Below are positions 9,601 to 15,197 of a stretch of 20,000 bases of DNA, in pieces. The DNA comes from an uncultured virus (IMG/VR IMGVR_UViG_2651870323_000004). Taxonomy: Duplodnaviria; Heunggongvirae; Uroviricota; Caudoviricetes. Where the stretch lies: IMG/VR virus record IMGVR_UViG_2651870323_000004. One strand, given 5' to 3'. Positions within the stretch are counted from its first letter, which is position 1; every line of letters begins with the position of its first letter. The notes beneath the pieces were generated by a model that saw nothing but the letters and a program-made list of their open reading frames with translations, was not told the origin of the DNA and ran no database searches. The position numbers were made by a program, and so were the translations under genes.

Positions 9601-10834
9601 GCTGGAGGCCTCCACGCGCCTGGCGACTTACAAGGCTGCGCTGGACGCCGGCCAGTCGCGCGAGGCCGCGGCCAGCCTTGCCAAGAACATCACGGTGAAC
9701 TTCAACCGGAAAGGGCGGAACACGTCCGTGGTGGGCAGCTACTACGCGTTCCTGAACGCCGCCATCCAGGGCAACGTGCGCATGCTGGAAACCCTGGCCG
9801 GGCCCGCCGGGCGGAAGGTCATGGCCGGCGGGGTCGCCCTGGGCATGCTGTCGGGGCTGGCGGGCGCGCTCATCATGGGCGGCGGCGGAGCCGACGACGA
9901 GTGGAAGAAGATCCCCGACTTCGTGAAGGAGCGCAGCATCATCATCCCGCTGTCGCGTCAGGACTACGTGGCGATCCCCATGCCGCTGGGGTTCCACGTC
10001 TTCCCGAACATCGGCCGCAAGCTGGTGGAGTTCGGCATGCATGACGATCCGACGAAGAGCCGCGCCGGTCACCTGGCGGACATGGCCATGATCGCCCTGA
10101 ACGCCTATAACCCGCTCGGCGGGGCCGACAACATCATGCAGATGCTGGCGCCCACGCCCTTCGATCCGGTGGTGGCGCTGATGGAGAACAAGGACTGGAC
10201 CGGCCGGCAGATCTACAAGGAGCAGCGCAGCGGGCTCGATCCGAAGCCCGGGCACGCCATGGGCAAGGATTCGGTGACGCCTCCCGCGCGGTGGGTGGCC
10301 CGGCTCATCAACGATGCCACCGGCGGCAACGAATGGCAGCCCGGGAAGTGGAGCCCCAACCCGGACGCGCTGGAGTACCTGTTCGGGCAGTTCACCGGAG
10401 GCGTGGGCCGCGAGCTGACCAAGGCCGGCAACATGGTGACGGCCGCCGTGACGGGCGAGGAACTGGCGCCGCATCAGATCACCCTGGCGGGGCGGTTTTA
10501 CGGCAACACCCGCGGCGTGAACGGCCAGAGCACGTCCTACTACGAGAACCTGAAGCGGGTGAACACCAGCATGGCCGAGGCCAGGGGGCGCGTGGCGAGA
10601 GGTGAGGAGGCCGAGGCCGTGCTGCTGGACGTGCCGCTGGCCCGCGTGGACGGGGCGGCCAGCGCGCTGGATAAGCGCGTGTCCGACCTGGTGAAGATGC
10701 GGCGGCAGATCCAGGCCGGCAGCGACCCGAACAAGCGCGAGCTCGTGAAGGAGGTGAATGCCGAAATCGAGCGCAGCATGTACCTGCTCAACAAGGCCGT
10801 GGAGGATGTGCTGGCCGAGCAACGCGGCCGGTGA
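629..10834 (+). CDS. Giant phage polyvalent protein (~3401 aa; LPD38 family, probably virion-injected)
   Basis: Uninterrupted ORF with high GC3. Start placed at ATG 629 after GAGGTG. Recognised motifs: ddrB-like ParB (QNRDR, QYAVMEA, NNGRTAGLRAAY; ~2984-3450); ART-PolyVal-like (FKKWFGDSKV..PLVMYRG..YDG..QVKSATGNIGTFDPSNPDIRFS; ~4715-5212); LPD23 (ETGWHRGVDGRWRFEISDD; from ~5213); zincin HELQH (5795) with distal GEVEAR (6428); second zincin HEALGH (6920); MuF-C-like (MLGLPDLP..HGV..ELANP; ~7400-7770); LPD38 (IPDFVKERSIIIP..IPMPLG..NKDWTGRQI..LFGQFTGG; ~9890-10430). Confidence 0.88.
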   Translation: MSQDLLAMARGDGDAAAGGGSDLFEMAGFRPQPKKPAERTWGEAATDTVVQLAEGVNNIAGAVPNLFAPQSGVASFFRDNADHWRGEQSEALRRKVADADAQIAQANQDSIVDQAVAAAKAYSSDPALAARFVTTNLPSMLPGVAAAKAAQVARLAGGASAAVAAGTATTAAGVTNAVLNAGGARGEAFEDIRDALVKKGHSREEAERMALERSRIPAAVGAATGFLSGKIGLEHAVVGGGGARGGLAAGARSVAAELLGEQAEEVLPQVATNYQASDIDQRPLSRNVGRTAVETAIGSAPGAGVSGAMTALRRGDAAAAKTEEGTPPAEAGTPAEDMLPDSLPDQPARRSGPAADAADTAAAVTRLAELEVIDGSVGLSEEQKVERAVLAERVERAAAREEELEAIGETPEEAAGAAAPRPEAAPAAEAAQPGDASAAGASQDGSQLQQELRAVAQRSSGDTRRNAVELLARLEGGGMPAHVQRFVEREAAELVATAQAAPAEAAGAAPGAAAAPTAPDRLTPQERQEFERAYRRPVADPLGELQDRVRAGSAYTQAGDVQQLRDQLEDAWLELNVATETQQPAAAPAQIDGEAIHRVDAQLRTRRIRDALQNLLDEDVGNTVQIVGRLDGALEKIGEPGLDDGERQAVRRVADAYFGFRGARERSPLPKPVERAEDWGADNSSMEALIQERGAPRARSRDRSGYAPAAESARSTAAAPAVDAFDPGAVRAKTWPQFVAERGENVARLRRGSPAWDRLQNEWAAVKTKRAGTNPEGTGAVGAATPEIQNRDRARPASVVQMQGMAQSPDYMRLGPSRSPETGAPMVFAVGDQVHAAHAIGRGDTAVMSDGQRVPFQYAVMEAGDVQPSNFADGGVNPLFDAAHPGTVKALNNGRTAGLRAAYERGTADSYRQELMADSAMHGIDPQVIAGMRAPMLVRLYSERDNQANMGAKSQSQALGLSAAEQAATDAALLDTGVLDVLEAGDLAGAANRDFARAFVGKLQAEGQDVAGMLDAGGALSPAGVVRLQAALVHRAYSDGDLVESMFGSTDNDIRAIGEALKDVAGEWANLRQAAAAGAVNPQVDVTGNLLQAIRLVQKARRERASLYDAINQVDMVTGDVPDPMTVGVLRMLYSGQYLTRAVGRDRLADSLREYMAAALATRAGGDMFGEQVGPDAILSALSGQPTTQTTNAASPQPSGQSAPAAPQGERGAPGRDPAGRGADEPGQQARRPEPDRAGPRPDEDGGRGEGQDAQDPRGQPDGQGDRGAAEDGRGAVAPDLELSSYTPREVTAREDAQQESAQARAKADAKADADARAERERREVSARMEASAENFELGEDADDALSGQRPMFSRAAAPESEAFKKWFGDSKVTESGKPGGRPLVMYRGSPNENAAPSRPGALIFLSPDPAFAEHYAAGGATYPLYVKAERPFDASRGEGLALWRKYAEETGAASWATSGTERGALPVWQQEPELRKWLDRAGVQYDGIWFAESNGGASLAVLAQAQVKSATGNIGTFDPSNPDIRFSFAGRNARSADLGELERAEAMARSGMSSAVIQQETGWHRGVDGRWRFEISDDTAEFRRAETRPEDLVEVERQVREAATVTQDDELHTAQLDEGDGVLRAYSTTREGALANLVDRVARARFGVEFDIAKVKDGQVEALTDVLRHPALFAAYPFLRGLKVYFRRGRDAREFGSYDETHRAVTLNADRAPGEVLSTLLHELQHAIQYREGFALGGNMDADFTSSVRKTLREMAEGEARAVEAWKAKHPDLMENAEKAAAVVRDALMYESMERLLSYSERDKPSGVFRLIRNEMQWIYNTTHWLDPVAVELQRRFYGMPKSGAKRNAYIRDMAFDAQKWLRSTIAPENLAAFKADERTMKGMIGALRRHADKARAALEPLREQEGRARVAEALERKFEFGSPYDIYRSLAGEVEARTTQARQGLTEAERRARPVQADMDVSPAEAIVVVGGHEMRLPDVQQDRGAPGPADDFDVDAFLRTMQEAPAVPDEAKAQAVARTESAAAAIRSAWANGPEVVVAFDMADPKVPQQVRDADLSQRSRGAGGSPEGFYFGGKVYLLAEQLPRDQDVARVLMHEALGHHGLAGVFGSGLDAVLQQLVQARPAEVRRKAAEYGLDYGDRAQRMQAAEEVLAEMAQARPELGFVQRAVAAVRSWARAHIPGFADLRMTDAEIVRDFILPARGWVERGRQADAAPAAAGGAPALAFSLPADALAQARAKWAGLVDQFVRGGLDETKTYEVLPSSTAVMKMLGLPDLPAHAGVHAMDALYNHGVKPSQMKQILDELANPRMVMVWNKGSRGDASLNFVTSMSNPQGQPFVIAIKPNRGSVKGRFHWVATVTEKQPRAILDMVREGGAMYAGEGAIAGISEAEMREALRFAKEKRGKEARGLMQAIGTSYSLPNLVQRVLYAKDLEAFKGEQAGPAMFSRAPAGAAQAAQPAQGLLARLQDRVRQLTSPEAVDSWLYNWQDKFIDLKRIQDQIKALNGTVSETNDAYRGEELYHKRVAKRTANFLRDEVRPLLAAMNDAKVGMEEFERFLHARHAPEANRVLAERNPSKQELDQKRADAAKTVADLRRQLQHARASGSVISGIQRSLGLAMAEADRWNSAEAFKGTEEDRLSLSGMSDAEAKNVMGGYSPEQRKVMDALATRVDRMNNITLQTLEQYGLMDRLSIEAWRKTYQHYVPLHRDEARPDSKAHPIGQGFSTKGDASKRRTGSNEKVTNILSHLVMQREAALTRGEKNNVMKRLYVLAAQNPDESLWSLELPKKKAIDPDTGLVRTMPDIGARLRDNVLTLRIGGKDKHIIFNERNERAARLALAMKNLDATELDRFTRTMGHLTRWFAAVNTQYNPIFGVLNLARDVQGSLLQLSSTPLAGRQREVFKNIRSNMLDIYRDLRRERRESGAGQGPWARLWEQLQLDGGTTGYRDLYTKPEDRAAALRKALERQGEGGAKAMVRGVGEWLSDFNETLEASTRLATYKAALDAGQSREAAASLAKNITVNFNRKGRNTSVVGSYYAFLNAAIQGNVRMLETLAGPAGRKVMAGGVALGMLSGLAGALIMGGGGADDEWKKIPDFVKERSIIIPLSRQDYVAIPMPLGFHVFPNIGRKLVEFGMHDDPTKSRAGHLADMAMIALNAYNPLGGADNIMQMLAPTPFDPVVALMENKDWTGRQIYKEQRSGLDPKPGHAMGKDSVTPPARWVARLINDATGGNEWQPGKWSPNPDALEYLFGQFTGGVGRELTKAGNMVTAAVTGEELAPHQITLAGRFYGNTRGVNGQSTSYYENLKRVNTSMAEARGRVARGEEAEAVLLDVPLARVDGAASALDKRVSDLVKMRRQIQAGSDPNKRELVKEVNAEIERSMYLLNKAVEDVLAEQRGR
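4203..4460 (+). CDS. Overprinted 85-aa ORF nested in the +1 frame of the giant gene; function unknown
   Basis: By hand count, 82 of 85 codons end in G/C, while over half of the host-frame codons in the same stretch end in A/T. The product looks helical (PLAATLLAAVLMSQG..ALMKMADAAK). Confidence 0.7.
   Translation: MQQAPNLPDNPHPQPRKASEEPLAATLLAAVLMSQGSKHGDRNQIEQGRALMKMADAAKGKMPKIPADSRMGKAIAELQKTAVAQ
7832..7908 (-). ncRNA. Candidate antisense small RNA: long imperfect hairpin ending in a U-tract
   Basis: Minus-strand pairings ACGAGG/CCUCGU, GGuAAGCUA/UGGCUUCC and ACUGGUGC/GCAUCAGU, then UUUUCUUU. Two pairs are G-U on the minus strand but A-C mismatches on the plus strand. A promoter-like element lies directly upstream. 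Confidence 0.5.
7915..7944 (-). promoter_or_regulatory. Sigma70-like antisense promoter inside the giant gene
   Basis: TTGAAC (7944-7939), 18-nt spacer, TACAAT (7920-7915), in a locally AT-rich patch of a high-GC gene. Confidence 0.5.
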
Positions 10835-10837
10835 TGG

Positions 10838-10862
10838 AGCGGCAGGCATAGTGCCTGCCGCT
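10838..10862. terminator. 11-bp perfect stem-loop right after the giant gene
   Basis: AGCGGCAGGCA-tag-TGCCTGCCGCT. No U-tract, so terminator function is uncertain. Confidence 0.45.
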
Positions 10863-10894
10863 GAGCTATCCTTCTGGGCACAACAGGAGGGCAC

Positions 10895-11140
10895 ATGCCG
10901 AAGATCAAGGTGTACACCGCGATGCGCGCCGACGGCGCCATGCTGGAGTTTTCTCATCCCGTCGAAGAGGAATGGACCGTCGAAGACGTGGCCCAGCGGC
11001 TTATTGAGCAAGCGCAGCGGTCGCAAGACCTGACTCCGGACGGACGACGCGGCGCAACCCGTGTCGAGCGGCTTGCAGAGTTAGGCTTCGCCATCACCAG
11101 TGTGGAGGAGGTGGAAGCCCCCGCCGAGGATGCCGAATGA
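10895..11140 (+). CDS. Hypothetical acidic protein, 81 aa
   Basis: Strong RBS AGGAGG, plausible composition, ATGA overlap with the next gene. Confidence 0.75.
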   Translation: MPKIKVYTAMRADGAMLEFSHPVEEEWTVEDVAQRLIEQAQRSQDLTPDGRRGATRVERLAELGFAITSVEEVEAPAEDAE

Positions 11141-11397
11141 TCCCATCCCTCAATATCGTCAAGGCTGGCTCCGGCATCTACGACGTGCACATTGAGGACG
11201 GCGGCACAGAAGTGGACGAGTTCACGGCAACGACCATCGCAGGCGCCATCCGGGAAGCGGCCGCCCGTGGGTACGGCGCCCGGGGCTTCCACATTTGGTA
11301 CGGCGCCATCTGCATCGGCACCACCACCCTGACCGCCATGCGGCACGATGCCGAAACGCTGGCGCTGAAGCTGCTGAGCGTGGCATCACAGTTCTGA
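11137..11397 (+). CDS. Hypothetical protein, 86 aa
   Basis: Translationally coupled by ATGA; globular-looking sequence with high GC3. Confidence 0.7.
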   Translation: MIPSLNIVKAGSGIYDVHIEDGGTEVDEFTATTIAGAIREAAARGYGARGFHIWYGAICIGTTTLTAMRHDAETLALKLLSVASQF

Positions 11398-11404
11398 GGG
11401 CGGC

Positions 11405-11800
11405 ATGAAGAATTCCGGAATGTTCGCCCAGGCTCTCCAGCATGCCTTCTGGATGCAGTCCGTCCGCGCACATGAGAACCCGAAACAGGTGGCACGCTCA
11501 CGCGCTGTGTTCGTTGACCTCTGGAAGAGCGCAGGATGGGTTGCGTTGATGGCTGCTCTGGGATGGTGCGCACTGTTCGCTGCAGGCAAGGCGCATCCAT
11601 CATTTCCCCTGGACGTGGGAAAACTGTGCTCCGTCATCGGAATATGGCTCGCCGGGTGGGGGACATGGCTCGCGATCCAAGAGCGGATGGGCTCCTGGGA
11701 TGGCTCCCTTCCAGATGAAATAGCCCGAGATGGGCTGTTCCGCCTTCTATTCATCCCGGGCATCTTCTTCTCGGTGGTCGGGGCTGGCTGGTGGGGTTGA
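11405..11800 (+). CDS. Hypothetical membrane protein, 131 aa (~3 TM segments)
   Basis: GAGG upstream of ATG; three hydrophobic Trp-rich stretches; lower GC3 than neighbouring genes. Confidence 0.65.
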   Translation: MKNSGMFAQALQHAFWMQSVRAHENPKQVARSRAVFVDLWKSAGWVALMAALGWCALFAAGKAHPSFPLDVGKLCSVIGIWLAGWGTWLAIQERMGSWDGSLPDEIARDGLFRLLFIPGIFFSVVGAGWWG

Positions 11801-11833
11801 TGATGCTGGATGTTTGTCCAGTATCATCCATTC

Positions 11834-12112
11834 ATGACCATCGACCAGATTGCAATCGCCTTGCTCGGCGCTGCGGCCGCGTTCCTGTCGCAGGCCAGCA
11901 CGGAAGCGGCCCGCCGGTGGGCTTGCATCTTCGGCATCGTGGGACAGCCGTTCTGGTTCTGGGCGTCCTGGCACGCCGACCAGTGGGGCGTCTTCGCGGT
12001 GTCGGTCTTGTACGCCCTGGCGTGGGTCCGGGGCTTCTGGGTGTACTGGGTAGCCCCCCGCCTGCGGGCGGGGTCGGGGCTGGGAGCCATCCCTAAATCT
12101 GCCCCAAAATGA
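11834..12112 (+). CDS. Small phage membrane protein, 92 aa (~3 TM segments)
   Basis: MTIDQIAIALLGAAAAFLSQ..RWACIFGIVGQPFWFW..QWGVFAVSVLYALAWVRG; start moved to ATG 11834. Confidence 0.75.
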   Translation: MTIDQIAIALLGAAAAFLSQASTEAARRWACIFGIVGQPFWFWASWHADQWGVFAVSVLYALAWVRGFWVYWVAPRLRAGSGLGAIPKSAPK

Positions 12113-12121
12113 GCGAATTAC

Positions 12122-12172
12122 AGCGTACCCAGGCGTAGCCCTATCCCTCTAGGAGCTACGCTGCGGTACGCT
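12122..12172. repeat. Long imperfect inverted repeat next to the att site
   Basis: AGCGTACC-cag-GCGTAGC-CCT ... AGG-a-GCTACGC-tgc-GGTACGCT. Confidence 0.7.
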
Positions 12173-12503
12173 AGGATTCGGGGTCGCTAGGGTTCGAATC
12201 CCTCCGTTTCCGCCAATCAGGAAAAGCTGCCAGCATGGCCTCAAGGCCATCGGCGGCTTTTTTTTCGTCCTCATGTTCGGACATGGCTAAGTCCTCCGCC
12301 ATGGCCGCGACGAACGCGTGCGCTGGGTCTTCACCCAGGATTGCGCGGAGCTTGCCCCGGACACGCCAGTTCGCAGGCCTTTTCCCCTGTTTCATTTGGA
12401 TCAATGTCGGCCCCGTGGTGTCGAGCATGGCCGCCAATTTGCGTTGGCTGCCGGCTGCAGTTGATGCTCGCTCGATCAGGTCGGAGAGTTCTTCGAGGGT
12501 CAT
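12171..12503 (-). CDS. Inovirus repressor (XRE/Cro-like HTH), 110 aa
   Basis: GSQRKLAAMLDTTGPTLIQMKQGKRP resembles an HTH; gene is divergent from the replication operon; start moved to ATG 12503; C-terminal WRKRRDSNP is the antisense reading of the tRNA fragment. Confidence 0.8.
   Translation of the reverse strand: MTLEELSDLIERASTAAGSQRKLAAMLDTTGPTLIQMKQGKRPANWRVRGKLRAILGEDPAHAFVAAMAEDLAMSEHEDEKKAADGLEAMLAAFPDWRKRRDSNPSDPES
12189..12215 (+). repeat. att site: 27-bp 3' fragment of a tRNA (probably tRNA-Ser); not an intact tRNA
   Basis: AGGGTTCGAATCCCTCCGTTTCCGCCA is a T-arm, 3' acceptor strand, discriminator G and CCA. No matching 5' acceptor strand (GGAAACG), D arm or anticodon arm upstream. 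Confidence 0.85.
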
Positions 12504-12508
12504 GGTGG

Positions 12509-12571
12509 TTGCAAATTGCAATAGGTAAGGTTACATTCCGGTTGCAATCTGCATCCGGTAGCGGATTGCTA
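12509..12571. promoter_or_regulatory. Rightward sigma70 promoter with three putative repressor operators
   Basis: TTGCAA (12509-14), 17-nt spacer, TACATT (12532-37). 13-bp pseudo-palindromes TTGCAAATTGCAA (12509), TTGCAATCTGCAT (12542) and TAGCGGATTGCTA (12559). Confidence 0.7.
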
Positions 12572-12587
12572 ATTTTAAGCAGCCGCC

Positions 12588-13127
12588 ATGCACCACCAAA
12601 TCACCCCCGGCGCCGTCGTCCTGACCGCCGACCAAATCGAGCTCACAGTCCGCGCCCTGGAGGGCAACGTAGCCGCACTGCAGGCCGCCGACGGCTCCTG
12701 GTACGGCTACCGCCACGTCTCCAGCCTGACCCTGGTTTGCCCACCCCTGCCACCAACGGCACCGGCTCAAAGCTTGGCGGCTGCGGCCGGTGCCGGGCAG
12801 GGGGCGGGCATTCACCTGTCGGCTCTTATGTCTTGCATTGGCACTGCAGCTTCGGGCATTGCGTCCGACGGCACCAGGACCCAACGGAAGCCAGGTGGCG
12901 CTTCTCGCGATGGCGTCGCCATTGCACCAAGTGGCCGCTGCGTTGGGTACCTGATGGTGCTCAAGGCTGCTGTCATGCCGTTTTTGATCGCTGCGTACAG
13001 CACCCAATACGTCAGCATTAATCCAGCTATTGCAGCGGCAAGCGGCAACAGCAATCCGAAGGCAAGTAACCCCATTTTTATCCCTCCCCAAAAAGGGGAA
13101 CATGGTAATGGCTGGGGTGAAGCATGA
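12588..13127 (+). CDS. First gene of the inovirus rightward operon; hypothetical
   Basis: The first ~50 codons have high GC3 and look protein-like. The rest crosses a hairpin and overlaps an antisense gene. The stop overlaps the next ATG (ATGA). Confidence 0.5.
   Translation: MHHQITPGAVVLTADQIELTVRALEGNVAALQAADGSWYGYRHVSSLTLVCPPLPPTAPAQSLAAAAGAGQGAGIHLSALMSCIGTAASGIASDGTRTQRKPGGASRDGVAIAPSGRCVGYLMVLKAAVMPFLIAAYSTQYVSINPAIAAASGNSNPKASNPIFIPPQKGEHGNGWGEA
12739..12809. repeat. GC-rich long hairpin
   Basis: GCCCACCCCTGCC..GGCACCGGC ... GCCGGTGCC..GGCAGGGGGCGGGC. Confidence 0.65.
12812..13075 (-). CDS. Small single-pass membrane protein, 87 aa (inovirus accessory gene)
   Basis: RBS GGAGG before ATG 13075; MGLLAFGLLLPLAAAIAGLMLTYWVLYAAIKNG has a hydrophobic N-terminus; lower GC. 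Confidence 0.7.
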   Translation of the reverse strand: MGLLAFGLLLPLAAAIAGLMLTYWVLYAAIKNGMTAALSTIRYPTQRPLGAMATPSREAPPGFRWVLVPSDAMPEAAVPMQDIRADR

Positions 13128-13594
13128 GGCTCGTCGCCAAGCACCACCAGGTTGGCTACCAGACCCCGGGAGAGCGGCCAGGCTGCCGCAACTGCGCGCA
13201 CTTCGAGGTGACGCGCCATGACTCGCCCATCATCGCCCCGCGCACGGCCTGCACGCTGCACCAGCTCGAAGTGACCAGCGGCGGCATCTGCAATAGCCAC
13301 AAGCTGCAGCGCAAGCCCGGCGAGGCCCAGCTCGCGTTCCTGGCCCGTCAGCGCGATCTGCTGGAGAGCCAGGCGCAGGACCTGGAGCCGCGCCTGGTCG
13401 ATGACCGCGTGTTCCCCGCTGTGGGGGAGATGTACGAAGGCAAGCCGATGACGGTTGCCAAGCATCGCCGCCTGATGGTGGAGCAGTTGATCACCAACGA
13501 GGAAGCCTCTGGCGATCCTGATCTGCTGCGCGCCGCAGCGTTCCGCCGCCGCGCCAATGGCATGCCTCCCCGTCCTGGGGATCGTCGCGCATGA
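13124..13594 (+). CDS. Hypothetical Cys/His-rich protein, 156 aa (possible Zn binding)
   Basis: CRNCAHF..CTLH..CNSH; ATGA-coupled at both ends. Confidence 0.75.
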   Translation: MRLVAKHHQVGYQTPGERPGCRNCAHFEVTRHDSPIIAPRTACTLHQLEVTSGGICNSHKLQRKPGEAQLAFLARQRDLLESQAQDLEPRLVDDRVFPAVGEMYEGKPMTVAKHRRLMVEQLITNEEASGDPDLLRAAAFRRRANGMPPRPGDRRA

Positions 13595-13803
13595 GCACCG
13601 CACCCATGGCCGGCTCGGCCCTTATCCACATGCCCAAGAGCTACGAGATTGCATGCCCGCCGGGCATGCTGGCCCACGGCCACCGCATCAAGCGCTTCAC
13701 GTCCCTGCAGGCCTTCGAAGGCTACGTCGCACAGCTGCGCAAGAGCGGCTGCACTGTCCGCTGGGACACGCCTTTTACCGCCACCGTGGAGGCCACCCGA
13801 TGA
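13591..13803 (+). CDS. Hypothetical protein, 70 aa
   Basis: ATGA-coupled to the upstream gene and to rep; high GC3. Confidence 0.7.
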   Translation: MSTAPMAGSALIHMPKSYEIACPPGMLAHGHRIKRFTSLQAFEGYVAQLRKSGCTVRWDTPFTATVEATR

Positions 13804-14825
13804 GCGGCCGCATGGCGGCGCGCGGAGGGGCCCCGCGCAGCGGGGAGGCGCTGCGCGCCGCCCCGTCCCCTAGTGCTGTAACACTAGGGGAAACCTCCAA
13901 GCAGCGCGCGAAGGTCGATTGGTTGACCGCGACGTGGAAGCCCGAGCCCGACGAACACGTCGTGGCGACGGTTCTGGACCTGCTCCATGGCTTCGGGCTC
14001 AAGGTGGAGGCCGAGGCTGGCCGTGGCCATTTCGGTTTCGCCGAGGGAGCCCGCCTGTACGTCCGCCTGGACGATGGCGCACGCCACCAGGTGGCGCTCC
14101 TCGACTGGGGCGGTGAGCGCATGCGTGGCCGTGCGCGCCTGGACCTCTCCGGCACTGCCTGCAGCCGCATCAGCGACTGGCAGGGCATGCAGGAGTGGCT
14201 GGGCCGCCAGTGGGAAACGACGATCACGCGCGTTGACTTGGCCGTCGATTGCCTCAATGGCGAGTTCACCGTCGAGGACGCCCGGGCCTGGATGGAGGCC
14301 GGCGAGTTCACCGCCGGCGAGGGCCGCCCGCCGCGCCACAGCACACCCGGCGACTGGCTGTCACCCGAACCGTTCTACGGCCGCACGCTGGAGATTGGCC
14401 GCCGCGAGAACGGAAAGATGCTCCGCGCCTACGAAAAGGGCCTCCAGCTCGCACCAGGTAGCGGCGACAAGTGGACGCGCTTCGAGGTCGAAATCCGCAA
14501 CAAGGATCGCGACGTGCCGCTCGACGTGCTCACCCGCTGTGATGAGTACTTCGTCGGCGCCTACGAGTGCCTGCAGCGCCTGCTGCCTGCCGCTGGCGAG
14601 CGCATCGCCACCCACCAGAAGGAAGGCGAGCTCAGCCTCGAAACGATGGTCCACCACGCCAGCGTCGGCTACGGAAAGCTCGTGCACGTCATGCGCGGCC
14701 ACGTGCCCGCTGACCAAATCCTCGACTTATTTGACCGGCCAGGCGTCCCAAGACGACTGGAAAAGGCCACCCTGGCCGGATTCATCGCGGCGTCGTCTGT
14801 CGCATCACAGGAGAAAAGGCCATGA
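13800..14825 (+). CDS. Rolling-circle replication initiator, Rep_trans family
   Basis: Motifs VDWL, ITRVDLAVD, GRTLEIG..KMLRAYEKG, WTRFEVE; start ATG 13800 after GGAGG. Confidence 0.92.
   Translation: MSGRMAARGGAPRSGEALRAAPSPSAVTLGETSKQRAKVDWLTATWKPEPDEHVVATVLDLLHGFGLKVEAEAGRGHFGFAEGARLYVRLDDGARHQVALLDWGGERMRGRARLDLSGTACSRISDWQGMQEWLGRQWETTITRVDLAVDCLNGEFTVEDARAWMEAGEFTAGEGRPPRHSTPGDWLSPEPFYGRTLEIGRRENGKMLRAYEKGLQLAPGSGDKWTRFEVEIRNKDRDVPLDVLTRCDEYFVGAYECLQRLLPAAGERIATHQKEGELSLETMVHHASVGYGKLVHVMRGHVPADQILDLFDRPGVPRRLEKATLAGFIAASSVASQEKRP
13867..13890 (+). other. Putative plus-strand origin (nick-site) hairpin within the 5' end of rep
   Basis: Perfect stem CCCCTAGTG-ctgtaa-CACTAGGGG, preceded by a second GC hairpin (~13814-13862). 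Rep_trans origins commonly lie at or in the 5' part of rep. Confidence 0.6.
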
Positions 14826-15130
14826 AAGCACATGTGATCGGTATCGAGATTTCCGAGGGCGTCAGCAAGAAGACAGGGCAGCCCTATGCCATCGGCAAGC
14901 TGTTCTGCGCGCTCCCCATCGTGGGGAAGGGGGCACGCGGCCTCATGGGCAGTGAGTACCAATGCGAACCTGTGGTGCTGCGCAAGCTCGATGGCATCGA
15001 GCTCCCCGTCGTCTGCGAGCTCGAAATGCAGGACGTTATGCGCTACGGCCAACGCCGCCAGGAGATCGTGTCCGTGGTGCCCGTCAAGGCTGCTGCGCAG
15101 CAGCCTGCAGCCGCTCCCCGTGCCGCCTGA
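14822..15130 (+). CDS. ssDNA-binding protein (pV-like), 102 aa
   Basis: Directly follows rep (ATGA); GVSKKTGQPYAI beta-hairpin motif and size are typical of inovirus SSBs. Confidence 0.85.
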   Translation: MKAHVIGIEISEGVSKKTGQPYAIGKLFCALPIVGKGARGLMGSEYQCEPVVLRKLDGIELPVVCELEMQDVMRYGQRRQEIVSVVPVKAAAQQPAAAPRAA

Positions 15131-15197
15131 GTGCAGCCGGTTGCCCTCCCGCCCGGGAGGGCCTCCGAGTGCATTTGCACGGCAGAGGGAGGTACCC

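Larger units (their letters stand above)
1..12215. mobile_element. Right end of a tailed-phage-type prophage, ending at a tRNA-derived att
   Basis: Polyvalent-protein gene plus accessory genes ending at a tRNA 3'-end duplicate. No integrase or capsid genes in the window. Confidence 0.7.

Noticed and set aside
12125..12215. Intact tRNA gene
   Set aside because: Only the T-arm and 3' acceptor strand are present; upstream sequence cannot form the cloverleaf.
13557..13799. N-terminal extension of Rep to 422 aa
   Set aside because: It overlaps two better-supported coupled genes; ATG 13800 has an RBS.
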